DNA of 64,000 nucleotides from an uncultured Chthonomonadaceae bacterium (GCA_963835065.1 CAWIEK010000044.1:1-64000); one strand, 5' to 3'; counted from the first letter of the stretch, positions 21,031-31,631 are shown. Notes: a model not told the origin generated them from the sequence alone. Translations and numbers: made by a program.

Positions 21031-21921
21031 TTGATGGCTATCTATTCCGGGCCGCAGAAAGCCATGCGGCGCGTTCCAGCGCTCCCTGACTTGACGCGCA
21101 AGGACAACTGGCGCGCAGCGCCCATTGCAACCGCAGTGACGTTTCTCGTGTTTGTTGTGTATTCCACGCTCCGCGCGTTTGCAGGCAACTGCTTTTCCAC
21201 GTTCGAGCATCCGGGACAGGTTTTCGATTGGGTGCGCAACAACCCCAATTTACAGGCTGTGCAGCCGCACTACTGGTCGCCGTTCTACTCGCCCTACATT
21301 CCCCTGCGCCTCAACTATCCTTTTGTGCAGCACAACGGGGAAGGCATTGCGATCAGCGCCGCGCTGTACGTGCTGATAATTCCGCTCAGTTTCCGCCTGT
21401 CCTGCTACTACTGCCGTAAGGCGTACTATCGGGCAGTCTTTGGCGACCCGTCCGCCTGCGCGGTAAAAGAGCAGTTTGCCCGCCTGAACTACCGGGGCGA
21501 AACGCGCCTGCCCGCCAAAGCGTTCAACCTGCACCGTTTCGCGCTGTACCTTGCGCTGGTTCTGGTTGCGTTTCACTGGTACCACTGGTTCGATGCGTTC
21601 CATGCCACCACTGCGGGCGGACAGCACCACTGGTACATCGGCGTCGGTACGCTGATTTTGGGGCTGGACACGCTGGCATTGACCGCCTATACGTTCTCCT
21701 GCCACTCGTTCCGGCATTTAACGGGGGGCGTTCTGGACTTCTTTTCGCGCAGCGCGGGCACAAAACAACGCCATACCGTCTGGTCAAAAGTGAGCAAACT
21801 AAACGAATATCACGGGCAGTTCTTCTGGGCGAGTTTGATTACCGTTGGCCTTGCCGATTTGTACGTGTGCCTTGTCGCGTCAGGCGTCATTCGAGACTTC
21901 GGCTTCGTGCTGCCGTTTTAA
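21031..21921 (+). CDS. Succinate dehydrogenase membrane-anchor-like protein (Rv0249c type)
   Basis: SPFYSP, FRLSCYYCRKAYYR, NLHRF, YTFSCHSFRH; several TM helices. Confidence 0.7.
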   Translation: MMAIYSGPQKAMRRVPALPDLTRKDNWRAAPIATAVTFLVFVVYSTLRAFAGNCFSTFEHPGQVFDWVRNNPNLQAVQPHYWSPFYSPYIPLRLNYPFVQHNGEGIAISAALYVLIIPLSFRLSCYYCRKAYYRAVFGDPSACAVKEQFARLNYRGETRLPAKAFNLHRFALYLALVLVAFHWYHWFDAFHATTAGGQHHWYIGVGTLILGLDTLALTAYTFSCHSFRHLTGGVLDFFSRSAGTKQRHTVWSKVSKLNEYHGQFFWASLITVGLADLYVCLVASGVIRDFGFVLPF

Positions 21922-21977
21922 GTTGGTGGTTGGTGATTGATAATGCGCTTGCCACCAATCACTAACCACCACCCACC

Positions 21978-22382
21978 CTACTTCTTCAAGCTGCCCAGAT
22001 AGGCAACCAGATTTGTCAGGTCTTTGCCTTTCACCTTGTCTTCATAGGGAGGCATGGCCGAGCTGGGGTTGTGAAGTTTGGGGTTGACAACCGCATCTGT
22101 GAGCCATTTGGACGTGTGCTTGGGATCGGCGGCCACTTTGGTCAGTTCGGGGCCGGACATGCCGCCCGTTCCCGCAATGGCATGGCAGCCCGCGCAGCCC
22201 TGCGCCTCATAGACCTTCTTGCCCGCCGCGATAGCGGCAGCCGGGTCGTCCTTTTTGACCGTGCCTTTGGTCGGGGGCTTTTTGCCTTTGGGCGGCGCGG
22301 CAAACGCCGTGCTGAACAGCAGCGAACCGAACACGCTCAGGCCAAGCATCATCGTGACAACCGTCTTGTTATTAGAGTTCAT
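21978..22382 (-). CDS. Monoheme cytochrome c
   Basis: Signal peptide; CAGCH; GPELT; MPPY distal Met. Confidence 0.9.
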   Translation of the reverse strand: MNSNNKTVVTMMLGLSVFGSLLFSTAFAAPPKGKKPPTKGTVKKDDPAAAIAAGKKVYEAQGCAGCHAIAGTGGMSGPELTKVAADPKHTSKWLTDAVVNPKLHNPSSAMPPYEDKVKGKDLTNLVAYLGSLKK

Positions 22383-22798
22383 CAAAGTCAGGCTCCTCTC
22401 CTGTAACTTCTGTGTCGCCGGTGGAGAATTTGGAAGCAACGCCTCCGTTCCATCCTTACGTAAACGCGCTCTTTTTGTGCCACTGAAGCGCGCAAACCGG
22501 CAGAGAATTCAGAGGGTTATTCACTCCAAAAGTTACAGACTCCTCCTTTGTTCGGTGTTCGGGTATTCAGGTGTTTGGTGTTCAGGTATTCGGAGTCCGG
22601 TGTTGGGCAAATTCGCGTTGATTTGCCTGTAAACTTCGGGTGCGTGGCACGTAGGGAGCGAGGTTGAAAATTGCCCCTTCCCTTTTTACGAATTTAGGGT
22701 ATAATATGCCGACAAACACAATGACGCGATCATAATTGTTGTAACTGTAGGAGTGGCGTTGAATACCTGTTGTTCTCACAGATTCCTGTCAGAAAGGC

Positions 22799-23194
22799 AT
22801 GTACGCTTGCGCGAAAGTGCAGTTACGGGCTTTGGAACTGCGCGAGGCCGGGGAGCATGTGTTTGTCAGCGTACCGACAAACCCCGAATGTCGGTATGAT
22901 ATGGTTGTAGACTGGCGCGGGAAACTGTACCGCGCGCAGATAAAATATGCGGGTGGCTCTCGCGCCAGTGTTTCCGGCGTGGCGATTGTCAGTTTGACAA
23001 AAGGCGCGCGGGGCGAACGCCGCTACACTTCTGATGAGATAGATGTGTTGTTGGTGTATGTGCCTGTCGTGGATAAACTCTGTTGGTTTGGCCCGGAGAT
23101 TTTTCATGGCAAAACAGGGCTGCACATTCGCTATGCGCCGACGCGCAACGGACAAAACAAAGGCTGTGTGCTGGTTGACAATTATGTTTGGTGA
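22799..23194 (+). CDS. Group I intron-associated-type PD-(D/E)XK endonuclease (PDDEXK_5 / I-Ssp6803I-like), free-standing
   Basis: VSVP...RYDMVVD...LYRAQIKY...YTSDEIDVLLVY; true start may lie a few codons upstream. Confidence 0.8.
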   Translation: MYACAKVQLRALELREAGEHVFVSVPTNPECRYDMVVDWRGKLYRAQIKYAGGSRASVSGVAIVSLTKGARGERRYTSDEIDVLLVYVPVVDKLCWFGPEIFHGKTGLHIRYAPTRNGQNKGCVLVDNYVW

Positions 23195-23266
23195 CGGGGT
23201 GTAGTTCAGTGGTAGAATGCGCGTCTGGGGGGCGCGTGGTCGCTGGTTCGAATCCAGTCGCCCCGA
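23195..23266 (+). tRNA. tRNA-Pro(GGG)
   Basis: CGGGGTG/CGCCCCG acceptor stem; anticodon arm CGCGT-CTGGGGG-GCGCG; GGTTCGAATCC T-loop; no encoded CCA. Confidence 0.93.
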
Positions 23267-23548
23267 TTGGAACATTTTAGAAAATATTTTTGGTTCGTGA
23301 ATTGCCCGGCGAGATGACTCGCCGGGCACATTTCTTGACTCGGTTCTGCGTGTACTACGCGCTGCACAGGCTGATACCAGGTGTAATATATCATTGCTTA
23401 GACATTTGTGTACACACTCTGACGCGCGTTGTCGTTAAAGCCGGTAGAAGCGCCTAGAAAAAACTTAAATGTTTTTTGCGTTTATTCGGCGTCACATGCA
23501 ACTTCTTTGTTTATATCCACGTAAAGCAGTCAAGAGGCACATTGTTTT

Positions 23549-24085
23549 ATGCTTACGATGCCCTCAATGTCAACTCTATCACACATCAGTAAGGAAAAGA
23601 TTTTGGACACAACAATTCAACAACGACGCAAGTACGTCGGACTCGGCAATGATGAGGCGTCTATCGGCGTCCTCGAAGGCGAAATTCTCAAGCATCTGTG
23701 GGACGCGGGCGAGCCGCAATCCTCGGTGCAAGTCTTTGAAACCATCTACTTTGCCCGCAAGGAAGCGAAGCACGAGATGGCTTCACCATCGACCATAGCC
23801 GTCACCCTGAGCCGTATGGTTCAGAAGGGACTGCTCACGATCACGTCGCAGACAGGGCACAAGGGCAAGGGCCGGGGCAAGGGCTACTACGCGCCGGCAA
23901 AAACCCGCGCCGAAATCACCCTGTCCGTTCTCGACGATACCAGCCGCCGCTTGACCGGCCAGCCGCTCGGCTACCTGCTTACCTGCCTTGACAAAGAAAA
24001 AGGCGCGGACGAGCAGATTCAGGACAAGGGCCTGTCCGATTTGATCGAAGTTTTGAAGGGATTGCAGCACGCGACCAAAGCATAA
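23549..24085 (+). CDS. BlaI/MecI/CopY-family winged-helix regulator
   Basis: IGVLEGEILKHLW...STIAVTLSRMVQKGLL...YYAPAKTRAE. Confidence 0.75.
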   Translation: MLTMPSMSTLSHISKEKILDTTIQQRRKYVGLGNDEASIGVLEGEILKHLWDAGEPQSSVQVFETIYFARKEAKHEMASPSTIAVTLSRMVQKGLLTITSQTGHKGKGRGKGYYAPAKTRAEITLSVLDDTSRRLTGQPLGYLLTCLDKEKGADEQIQDKGLSDLIEVLKGLQHATKA

Positions 24086-24171
24086 GCGCGCGTGAACATT
24101 CCTTTGTTTGGAATCAATTCAGCCTCAAAACTATACGGTTTTGAGGCTGAGGCGGTTTGGAACAGACACGC

Positions 24172-24501
24172 TTATTGTCTTGGCGGGGGCGGCGTGGAGC
24201 GCGTTTGATCCGTTGCTTCCTGTCCCTCGGGCGTGGGCATACCATGCGTGTAAGCCTGATTTTCGGTCGTGTAGTTGGTGGTGGCAGGCTTGGTGTTATT
24301 GGGATTGATGGGATCGGGCATGGTGTTGCCGCCCGCAACGTCAGGGGCACCCGTCGTGCCTTGCTGCGCATCCCCGGAGCCGTGTACCAGATTCTGGTCG
24401 GCGGACGCGCCGGGCTGATTTTCTGAGGGCTTGTTTCCCGGCGCATTGACTTCCTGCGGGTCCTGCGACAGCATCCGCGAGGGTTTCTGATCGGTGTGCA
24501 T
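24172..24501 (-). CDS. Small hydrophilic, likely disordered protein
   Basis: P/Q/N/T-rich ORF with GAAGGA RBS. Confidence 0.5.
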   Translation of the reverse strand: MHTDQKPSRMLSQDPQEVNAPGNKPSENQPGASADQNLVHGSGDAQQGTTGAPDVAGGNTMPDPINPNNTKPATTNYTTENQAYTHGMPTPEGQEATDQTRSTPPPPRQ

Positions 24502-24643
24502 GATTGTTGTCCTTCAGCGTAAACGCAACATAGCCTCAACTTCGACTTAACGACACGTTCACAACGATACTTTCATTATGAACGTATGGCATCGGTCTTC
24601 GGCGTGGTCTTCCATTTCGCCTGCAAATAGTCTATAATCAGGA

Positions 24644-25503
24644 ATGACACAAGCGCCCCCGCGTAAGTTCCCGATTTCCTCCCCGCAGCCTGCGCGCGGC
24701 AGAATCGTCATGCGTCAGCAATGGCGCGACCTGCTGTTTCTGCACTGGGAAGTATCCCCGGCGCAATTGCGAGCTTTGCTGCCTGCCGAACTTACCCTGG
24801 ATACCTTTGAAGGCAAAGCGTATGTGGGCCTGGTTCCGTTCACTATGCGCAATGTCCATCCCATCTGGTCGCCCTCCATACCGCCGCTTTCCCACTTCCA
24901 CGAAACCAACGTCCGCACGTATGCGCAATGCAAAGGCCACGATCCGGGCGTCTGGTTTTTCAGCCTGGACGCGGCCAACGCTATTGCTGTGCAGATCGCC
25001 CGCGCCTGGTTCAAACTGCCGTATTACTATGCGCGTATGGAAATGCAGAAGACAGAAGAAGAGAAGACAGAACAGGGAACAGGGAACAGGGAACAGGGAA
25101 CAGCAGCAACTCAATCCACAATCCACAATCCACAATCGAAATGCAATCGAAAATTGACTATGTGACGGAACGGCTGTGGCCTGCGCCTGTGCCGGCGCGG
25201 TGCGAGGTCAGTTGGACGCCCGAAGCAGGCATACGCCATGCGGAACCGGGAACGCTGGAACATTTTTTGATTGAGCGGTACACGCTTTATGCGTATCGGG
25301 GCGGGCGGCTGTACAATGGGCGCGTACATCATTGCCCCTATCCGATACAAAACGCGACGGTTCACAGCCTGAATGAGAATTTGATCGCGCAGGCGGGCAT
25401 CTCGCGCCCCGATACCCCGCCGCCACTGATTCATTTTTCCGCAGGCGTGGACGTGGATATTTCTCCCTTGCGGCGCGTAGTAATGGGAAATCCAACGGAA
25501 TAA
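24644..25503 (+). CDS. YqjF/DUF2071-family protein split by a repeat cassette
   Basis: MRQQWRDLLFLHW, FHETNVRTY, GVWFFSLDA in ORF 24644-25165; LEHFLIERYTLY and VHH.PYP in ORF 24928-25503. Confidence 0.85.
25040..25145 (+). repeat. Composite heptamer cassette inside the yqjF-like CDS
   Basis: Purine run, (GGGAACA)4, (AATCCAC)3, AATCGAAA; flanked by GAAATGCA at 25040 and 25138. Confidence 0.85.
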
Positions 25504-25521
25504 ATTTTTAGGATAAGGCTC

Positions 25522-26259
25522 ATGCCTCTGGAACGCCTGCTTGACTTGACTTCAAACCCGCCCGAATCGGAGGAGTTGTATACGCGCTTTGACTTCCCTG
25601 ACTTGCCCACAGACCGTCCCTATACGATAATCAATATGGTGTCTACGGTGGATGGCAAAATTGTGTTAGGAGAACCGGGAAGCGCGGCGAAAGGCTTGGG
25701 CGGACCGACGGATCAGCGCTTGTTTCGGCGTGTGCAAAAAGCCGTAGACGCCGCGATGATCGGGGGCGCGACCCTTCGCGCCAGTCAGGTGATATACCCG
25801 CCCGAAATTGCCCGGTTTGTCGTGTCGCGCAGTGGCGATTTGCCGCTGAACAATCGCTTTTTTACGGATGCGCCGGACAAAGCCACCGCGCTTGTGCCGG
25901 AAGATATGGACGCGGAAATTCTCGCCCGCCTGCGGAACCAAACCAACGTGCTGGCAGTTGGAAAAGAAACCGTAGATTTGCCCCGCGCCCTGCGTCAACT
26001 CCGGCAGCAGGGGATTCGTACCCTGCTATGCGAGGGAGGCGCGGCGCTCAACGATGATATGTTGCGCAGCGGCCTGGCAGACGAGTTGTTTCTAACCCTT
26101 GCGCCCAAACTCAAAGGCGGCGCGCGCCTGCCGACTATTGTTGCGGGGCAGGGCTTTCCACCCGGCATGTATCTGCCCCTGCATCTGCTTTCCCTCTACC
26201 GTGACGGCGAAGAGTTGTACTTTCGTTACCGGATTGATGCCCTGCCGGCCTCTTCCTGA
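25522..26259 (+). CDS. RibD C-terminal-domain reductase
   Basis: INMVSTVDGK, IGGATLR, LLCEGG, DELFLTLAPKL. Confidence 0.85.
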   Translation: MPLERLLDLTSNPPESEELYTRFDFPDLPTDRPYTIINMVSTVDGKIVLGEPGSAAKGLGGPTDQRLFRRVQKAVDAAMIGGATLRASQVIYPPEIARFVVSRSGDLPLNNRFFTDAPDKATALVPEDMDAEILARLRNQTNVLAVGKETVDLPRALRQLRQQGIRTLLCEGGAALNDDMLRSGLADELFLTLAPKLKGGARLPTIVAGQGFPPGMYLPLHLLSLYRDGEELYFRYRIDALPASS

Positions 26260-26291
26260 CAATGGCAGGAGGGTTCAGGCTCACCGGATTT

Positions 26292-26412
26292 CCGGGTACT
26301 GAAAGTACCCGGCAGGAAAGTGCAAGCGTCCGTAGGACGCGGCATTCTTAATGCAGAGAATCGCGTCTGAAAGACGCTTGTTTTTTGTTGCCGGGTACTT
26401 TCAGTACCCGGC
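26292..26412. repeat. REP/REPIN-like nested palindrome element
   Basis: CCGGGTACTGAAAGTACCCGG, GCGTCCGTAGGACGC, GCGTCTGAAAGACGC, CCGGGTACTTTCAGTACCCGG. Confidence 0.75.
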
Positions 26413-26672
26413 AAAACATGTTTTCAATCTAAAACACCCCCGAAACAGCAGAGATAGAAGGAAACGAATGGAAACAGGTTGAATATAGGAATGAAGAAGT
26501 CGCAAAAACGCGCGTTAGGACGGTGTAAGTACGTCAATAACTTGCGTTCCCATGTCGAATCTGTTACCATGAGGGCATGTACAGCGCAGACGTTCTAATA
26601 TCTATTTTAGCCCTCTGCGCTTGATAACTCCCGTATGTTCACTGTCCTTGAAGGGTGAGGTCACAGCGCAAT

Positions 26673-28328
26673 ATGAAAGTGGTTACGGCCCAGCAGATGC
26701 GCGACCTGGATCGGCGCGCGATGGAAGAATTCGGGATGCCCGGTGCGGTGCTGATGGAAAACGCAGGCCGTGCGGTGGTAGACGTGATGTTGCGCGAGTT
26801 CGGCCCGCTGGAAGGCAAGCGCATTGCCGTTTTTTGCGGCAGCGGCAACAACGGCGGGGATGGCGCGGTAATTGCGCGGCTGTTGTGGCTGATGGGCGCG
26901 GTTCCCGAAGTGGCGATGGTCGGCTCATATGACAGCCTGAAACCGGAAGCGCGAACGCATTTCAACATCCTCAACGCCCTGGAAATTGACATCAACGGTT
27001 TTGGCTACGACAGCCCCGCGCGCCCGCTGACGGAAGAATTCGGCTGGCGCGTGGACATGGTTGTGGACGCCATGCTGGGAACGGGCAGCGTGGGCGCTCC
27101 CCGCGACGGCTATGAAACGGCCATTGCCAGCATCAACAAAACCAGTTGTCCCGTGATTGCCGTAGATATTCCTTCCGGTGTAGACGCGGACACGGGCGCA
27201 ATGCCGGGGCAGGCGGTACGCGCAACGCATACCGTCACTTTTGCGTATCCGAAAGTAGGGTTGTTTTTGTTTCCGGGCGCGGCCAATGTGGGCAAACTGC
27301 ACGTAGCGGACATTGGCTTCCATTGGGACAAACTGGACTGCAAAACCCCGTTTCGCCTGTTTACTCTGCCCGGAACGTCCCGCGAGGATGTCGGGCATCG
27401 TCCGAGCAGTTTGGGAGCCGCCGCGCGCCTGTTGAAGAAACGGTATGCGGACGCCAATAAAGGAGATTATGGGCACGTCGGCATTGTGGCCGGGTCGCAG
27501 GGGATGTGCGGCGCTCCCGCCCTTGTCGCCCGCGCCGCGCAGCACGTGGGCGCGGGACTGGTCACGGTTCTGGCTCCTGAAAGCGCGCAAGTGATCCTTG
27601 CGGGTAAACTTGATGAGCAGATGACGATTCCTCTGCCCGAAGCGGATGGAGCCGTCAGCGAAGCCGCATTCGACGCGATTGCCCGCTTCGCGCAAAAGGC
27701 GACGGTGCTGTGCGTCGGGCCGGGGCTGACAACGGAACCAGGCGCGATGGCTTTGGTACATCGCCTGATTGCCGAGATTGAAAAGCCGCTCGTACTGGAC
27801 GCGGACGGTTTGAATGCCCTTGCGCAGCAGCCGGAAATCATCGCAAAACGGGCGGACAACCCGCGCTGTCCCCTGGTTCTGACGCCGCATCCGGGCGAAG
27901 CCGCGCGTTTGCTGAATCTATCCATTGAAGAAGTGCAGGCGGACCGCATCGGCGCGGTACGGGAACTGGCGAAGCGTTACAAAGCGATTGTCCTGCTCAA
28001 AGGGCGCTATACGCTGATCGCGGATCGGGACGGCGACATCGTTATCAACACGACGGGCAATCCCGGTATGGCGACGGGCGGCGCGGGCGACACGCTGACC
28101 GGAATCATCGGCGGCCTGCTGGCGCAGTACGCGCGCCTGCAAGTCAAACAGCACGGCGACGAACATGCCGAGTGGCTTGCGGACGTGAAAACCGTCGCGC
28201 TGGCCGCGTATGTGCATGGCCTTGCTGCCGACCTTGCGGCAGAAAACAGCAGCGAACCCGGCCTGGTTGCCGGCGATATAATTTCACACCTGGGACGCGC
28301 GCTGCGATTGTTGGAGGAGCAAAGTTGA
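26673..28328 (+). CDS. nnr: Bifunctional NAD(P)H-hydrate epimerase/dehydratase (YjeF)
   Basis: LMENAG, CGSGNNGGDG, AVDIPSG, NKGDYG, LDADGLN, TPHPGEAARL, MATGGAGDTLTG. Confidence 0.95.
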   Translation: MKVVTAQQMRDLDRRAMEEFGMPGAVLMENAGRAVVDVMLREFGPLEGKRIAVFCGSGNNGGDGAVIARLLWLMGAVPEVAMVGSYDSLKPEARTHFNILNALEIDINGFGYDSPARPLTEEFGWRVDMVVDAMLGTGSVGAPRDGYETAIASINKTSCPVIAVDIPSGVDADTGAMPGQAVRATHTVTFAYPKVGLFLFPGAANVGKLHVADIGFHWDKLDCKTPFRLFTLPGTSREDVGHRPSSLGAAARLLKKRYADANKGDYGHVGIVAGSQGMCGAPALVARAAQHVGAGLVTVLAPESAQVILAGKLDEQMTIPLPEADGAVSEAAFDAIARFAQKATVLCVGPGLTTEPGAMALVHRLIAEIEKPLVLDADGLNALAQQPEIIAKRADNPRCPLVLTPHPGEAARLLNLSIEEVQADRIGAVRELAKRYKAIVLLKGRYTLIADRDGDIVINTTGNPGMATGGAGDTLTGIIGGLLAQYARLQVKQHGDEHAEWLADVKTVALAAYVHGLAADLAAENSSEPGLVAGDIISHLGRALRLLEEQS

Positions 28329-28333
28329 ACGTT

Positions 28334-29912
28334 ATGCTGTTACACACCACTGCCAATCAACGACGATTTTCCGGCAGAACCCGGCCTGTAAACGCAAGCC
28401 GTCAGAATGTAAGCGGCAACAATCGGCATTTGACAGGCCGGTTCCTGCGCAGGGATGGACGCCACAGCAGTCTGGTGGCCGTTGTCGCTGTTTTTGCGCT
28501 GGCTTCCATTTCGCGCGTCGCGCAAGCGCAGGATGGCGGCAAGCCGACAACGCCCCCTGCGACAACTCCGTCTTCCGCGCCAACGCCTTCCGGCAACAGC
28601 ACAGCCGTCAAGCCGGGAACAACGCCTGCGCCCACCGCAGCGGCAGCGACTATGCAGTTGCGCCGAGAGATTTCCGGCAACTTCCTGTGCCGCTTTGTCA
28701 CGGCTACGGATGAAACCGCGCCGCTTGTCGCCCTGCCCGCTCCTATCGGCAGCGACAATGTGGTGGCAATTCCCGTTCCCTCCACGCTCAAAGCGAAAGA
28801 CGCGATGCTGGAAGTGGTGGATACGGATCACAGCCGCGTTGCCCGCCTGCCCGTAAATACGACGGGCGTGACGGCGCTCAATGACGGCGCGTTCAAATAC
28901 ATACAGACGGTGCTGGTTCCCGTGCAGGTAAAAGGCAAAGGCGGACTGACTTCGGCAACCGTAACGCTGGCAAGCAGCGACAAATCCTACAGCAAAAGCG
29001 TGACGCTCACGCCCTCGGACGCAGGCACGGCCAAGTTCGCCAATGTTCCGCTCAACACGCCGATTACGGCAACTGTGACGGAAGGGGCTAATCCGCCGTA
29101 CAGCGCCACGCAAACCCTGACGGTTCCCACCTCCCCGGAAGGCTACAAATGGCCGATTGAAGTGTCCTGGGCGGACGCGCACACGGTTGCCCTGCCTGCC
29201 ACAACTTCTGCGCCCGCACCCGGTACAACAACGCCGGGAATGTCGCCGTCTGCCTCGTCCGGTTCCTTCGTTCCGTCCGCGCCGCCGACCATGACGCTCC
29301 CTGTCGCCGCAGCGCCTACGGCAACGGCCGGAAAATCCCCTGAGCGGCATTGTCAGCACGGTTGTCAGCGTGTTGTTTTTGGGCGCAGTCGGTTATGGCC
29401 TGTTTTGGGCGTACCAGAACGGCCACATCAAAAACATGCTGGACAAGCTGAACATCCAGACGCAGCCTACCGTCGGCGTCGGCCCGCAAATCAGCCCGTT
29501 CGATAAGCCGCAGCGAACGCCCATACAGCCGATTACGGACGGCACTTCGGAACCGCTCGGCGGGGGCAATTACGCGGGCGGCGTGGCGATGGCCGCGCCT
29601 CCAATTGCAAGCGCCGGCCCGCGCATTGTCGCCACAATGGGAACCTACGCGGGCAACATTTTCCCCCTGTCCGGCGGCAGTCTCGACATTGGGCGCGACA
29701 CGAACAACGGCGTTGCCCTGCCCAACGATACCAACGCTTCGCGCCGCCACGCCACGCTGCAAGTAACAGGCGGGCAGGCAACCGTCACGGACAACGGCTC
29801 GTCCAACGGCACATTCGTCAATGGCGTCCGCATCCCCGCGCAATCCCCGCATCCCCTGAACCCCGGCGACGAAGTTCAGATCGGCATGACGCGGTTTCGG
29901 TATGAAGGATAG
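28334..29912 (+). CDS. Single-pass membrane protein with exported N-terminal region and cytoplasmic FHA domain; frameshift near 29330
   Basis: Hydrophobic signal-like segment ending VAQAQD; P/T-rich linkers; TM LSGIVSTVVSVLFLGAVGYGLFW; FHA IGRD...ASRRHA...SSNGTFVNG. Confidence 0.8.
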
Positions 29913-30025
29913 TAGTCAGTAGTCAGTAGTCAGTAGTCAGTAGAGGAACCCCCTCTTGGAAGCTATGTTTGTAATGTGAGTAGGCAGGCATTTCTACTGA
30001 CTACTGACTACTGACTACTGACTAC
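29910..30025. repeat. Inverted (TAGTCAG)n / (CTACTGA)n pair
   Basis: Starts at the stop codon of the upstream gene; the partner arm ends before the next RBS. Confidence 0.9.
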
Positions 30026-30044
30026 TTCTCCGAAGGAGTCCTCC

Positions 30045-31631
30045 TTGAGATCACGCATACTCATCGGCCTGATTATGGGAACCATTGGCGGGTTCCTGGG
30101 CTGGCTGTTACAGGAAAATCTAATTCATGCGGCGGGCGGGTATCGCGTGGAGCAGGATTTGCTCACGGGCGTAGTGCGCTCGGTGAAGCCGACGGCCACG
30201 CATATCTGGATTTTCTGCTGGTGCGTGGGCGGGCTGATCGGCATGTTTTTGGGCGCGGTAGAAGGGATTGTCGAGGGCAACTCCCGCAAACTGTGGCTCG
30301 GAATCGTGCTGGGCTTTTTCACGGGCGGCGTTTTGGGTTTTATCGGCTACGGAATTGGCGGCTCCTTATACGCCTTTCTTGGCGGCTCGGACGAAATTAA
30401 CCGCGATTCGGGTATGTTTGCGTTTGCCAGACAGGTGATCGCGCGTTCGTTCGGCTGGTCGCTGATGGGCCTGGGACTGGGCACGGGCGCGGCCCTGCCG
30501 ACGCGCTCCCTGGCCCGCATCCGCAACGGCGCTATCGGCGGCTTTTTGGGCGGCTTTTTAGGTGGCTTTGTGTTTGAAATGGTCGGCCCATTGTCCAATC
30601 AGATGCAGGGCGCAGTAGGGGGAGCCGGGGCGCGGGAAGTGGGTGGGCCGGGGCGAGCGATTGGCCTGACCGCTATCGGCGGCTTGACCGGCTTCTTCAT
30701 CGGGCTGGTCGAGGAGTGGCTGAAGCAGGCGTGGGTGAAAGTGCTGGCCGGGCGCAACGAGGGCAAGGATTTCATCCTATCCAAGCCCGTCAACATTTTA
30801 GGTCGGGACGAGCGCAGCGACGTGCCCCTGTTCGGCGACAATGCGGTTGGCGTCCAACACGCGGCCATACGCACGGATGGCTACCGGCATCATCTCATGG
30901 ACGCGGGAACGCCAACCGGAACGCTCGTCAACGGTCAACCGGTGGGACAGGGCGGGGAACTGCTGCTGCGCGACGGTGACATGATTCAAATCGGCAGCCA
31001 TCGCGTTCTGTTCCGCGAAAAGGCCACGCAAAACCGTTACGCGCCGTCTCCGGTTGACGCGCCCCGCGCCAAAGCCGCCGGTCCGAGCGGAACGCCCATG
31101 CCCGCGCACCTGTGCCCCTTCTGCGGCAGCCCCAAAGACCCGGCAGGCAATTGTCTGTGTACGCCGGCAACGGGGAATAGCAATCAGTGGGCAGGCGCGG
31201 GGGGGCAGAACCCCCAATACCAAGCACCCAACACCCAATACCCCGCTTCCGATGGCTTCATGAACATGAACGGCCAGCCGGTAGATTACGCGGGCGGACT
31301 GCCCAACACCCAATACCCAACACCCAACACCCTCTCCTCTCAACCCGCGGGGCGTCTTATCGGCATGGACGGCGCGGCGGCAGGGCAGGTATTTATGATT
31401 GCCGGCCCGAATATGACGTTGGGACGCGAAGTGGGACGCGACATTGTGGTTCTCGGCGATACGACGGTTTCGCGCACCCATGCGCGTTTGGGCAACGAAA
31501 ACGGCGTGTTCATGGTCTACGACAACAATTCCGCCAACGGCACGTTCGTCAACGGCGTCCGCGTCCAGATGCAGGCGCTCGCGCCCGGTGACGTAGTGCA
31601 GTTCGGCAACAGCAAATTCCGTTTCGAGTAG
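30045..31631 (+). CDS. Multi-TM Gly-rich membrane protein with two FHA domains and a Cys-rich zinc ribbon
   Basis: GGFLG-rich helices; LGRDE...HA..GTLVNG; CPFC..C.C; LGRE...SRTHA...SANGTFVNG. Confidence 0.88.
   Translation: MRSRILIGLIMGTIGGFLGWLLQENLIHAAGGYRVEQDLLTGVVRSVKPTATHIWIFCWCVGGLIGMFLGAVEGIVEGNSRKLWLGIVLGFFTGGVLGFIGYGIGGSLYAFLGGSDEINRDSGMFAFARQVIARSFGWSLMGLGLGTGAALPTRSLARIRNGAIGGFLGGFLGGFVFEMVGPLSNQMQGAVGGAGAREVGGPGRAIGLTAIGGLTGFFIGLVEEWLKQAWVKVLAGRNEGKDFILSKPVNILGRDERSDVPLFGDNAVGVQHAAIRTDGYRHHLMDAGTPTGTLVNGQPVGQGGELLLRDGDMIQIGSHRVLFREKATQNRYAPSPVDAPRAKAAGPSGTPMPAHLCPFCGSPKDPAGNCLCTPATGNSNQWAGAGGQNPQYQAPNTQYPASDGFMNMNGQPVDYAGGLPNTQYPTPNTLSSQPAGRLIGMDGAAAGQVFMIAGPNMTLGREVGRDIVVLGDTTVSRTHARLGNENGVFMVYDNNSANGTFVNGVRVQMQALAPGDVVQFGNSKFRFE

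Noticed and set aside
22799..23266. Group I intron in tRNA-Pro
   Set aside because: The tRNA is contiguous and no 5' exon or ribozyme core was seen upstream of the endonuclease.
29910..30025. CRISPR array
   Set aside because: The repeats are 7-nt tandem units without unique spacers, and there are no cas genes in the window.
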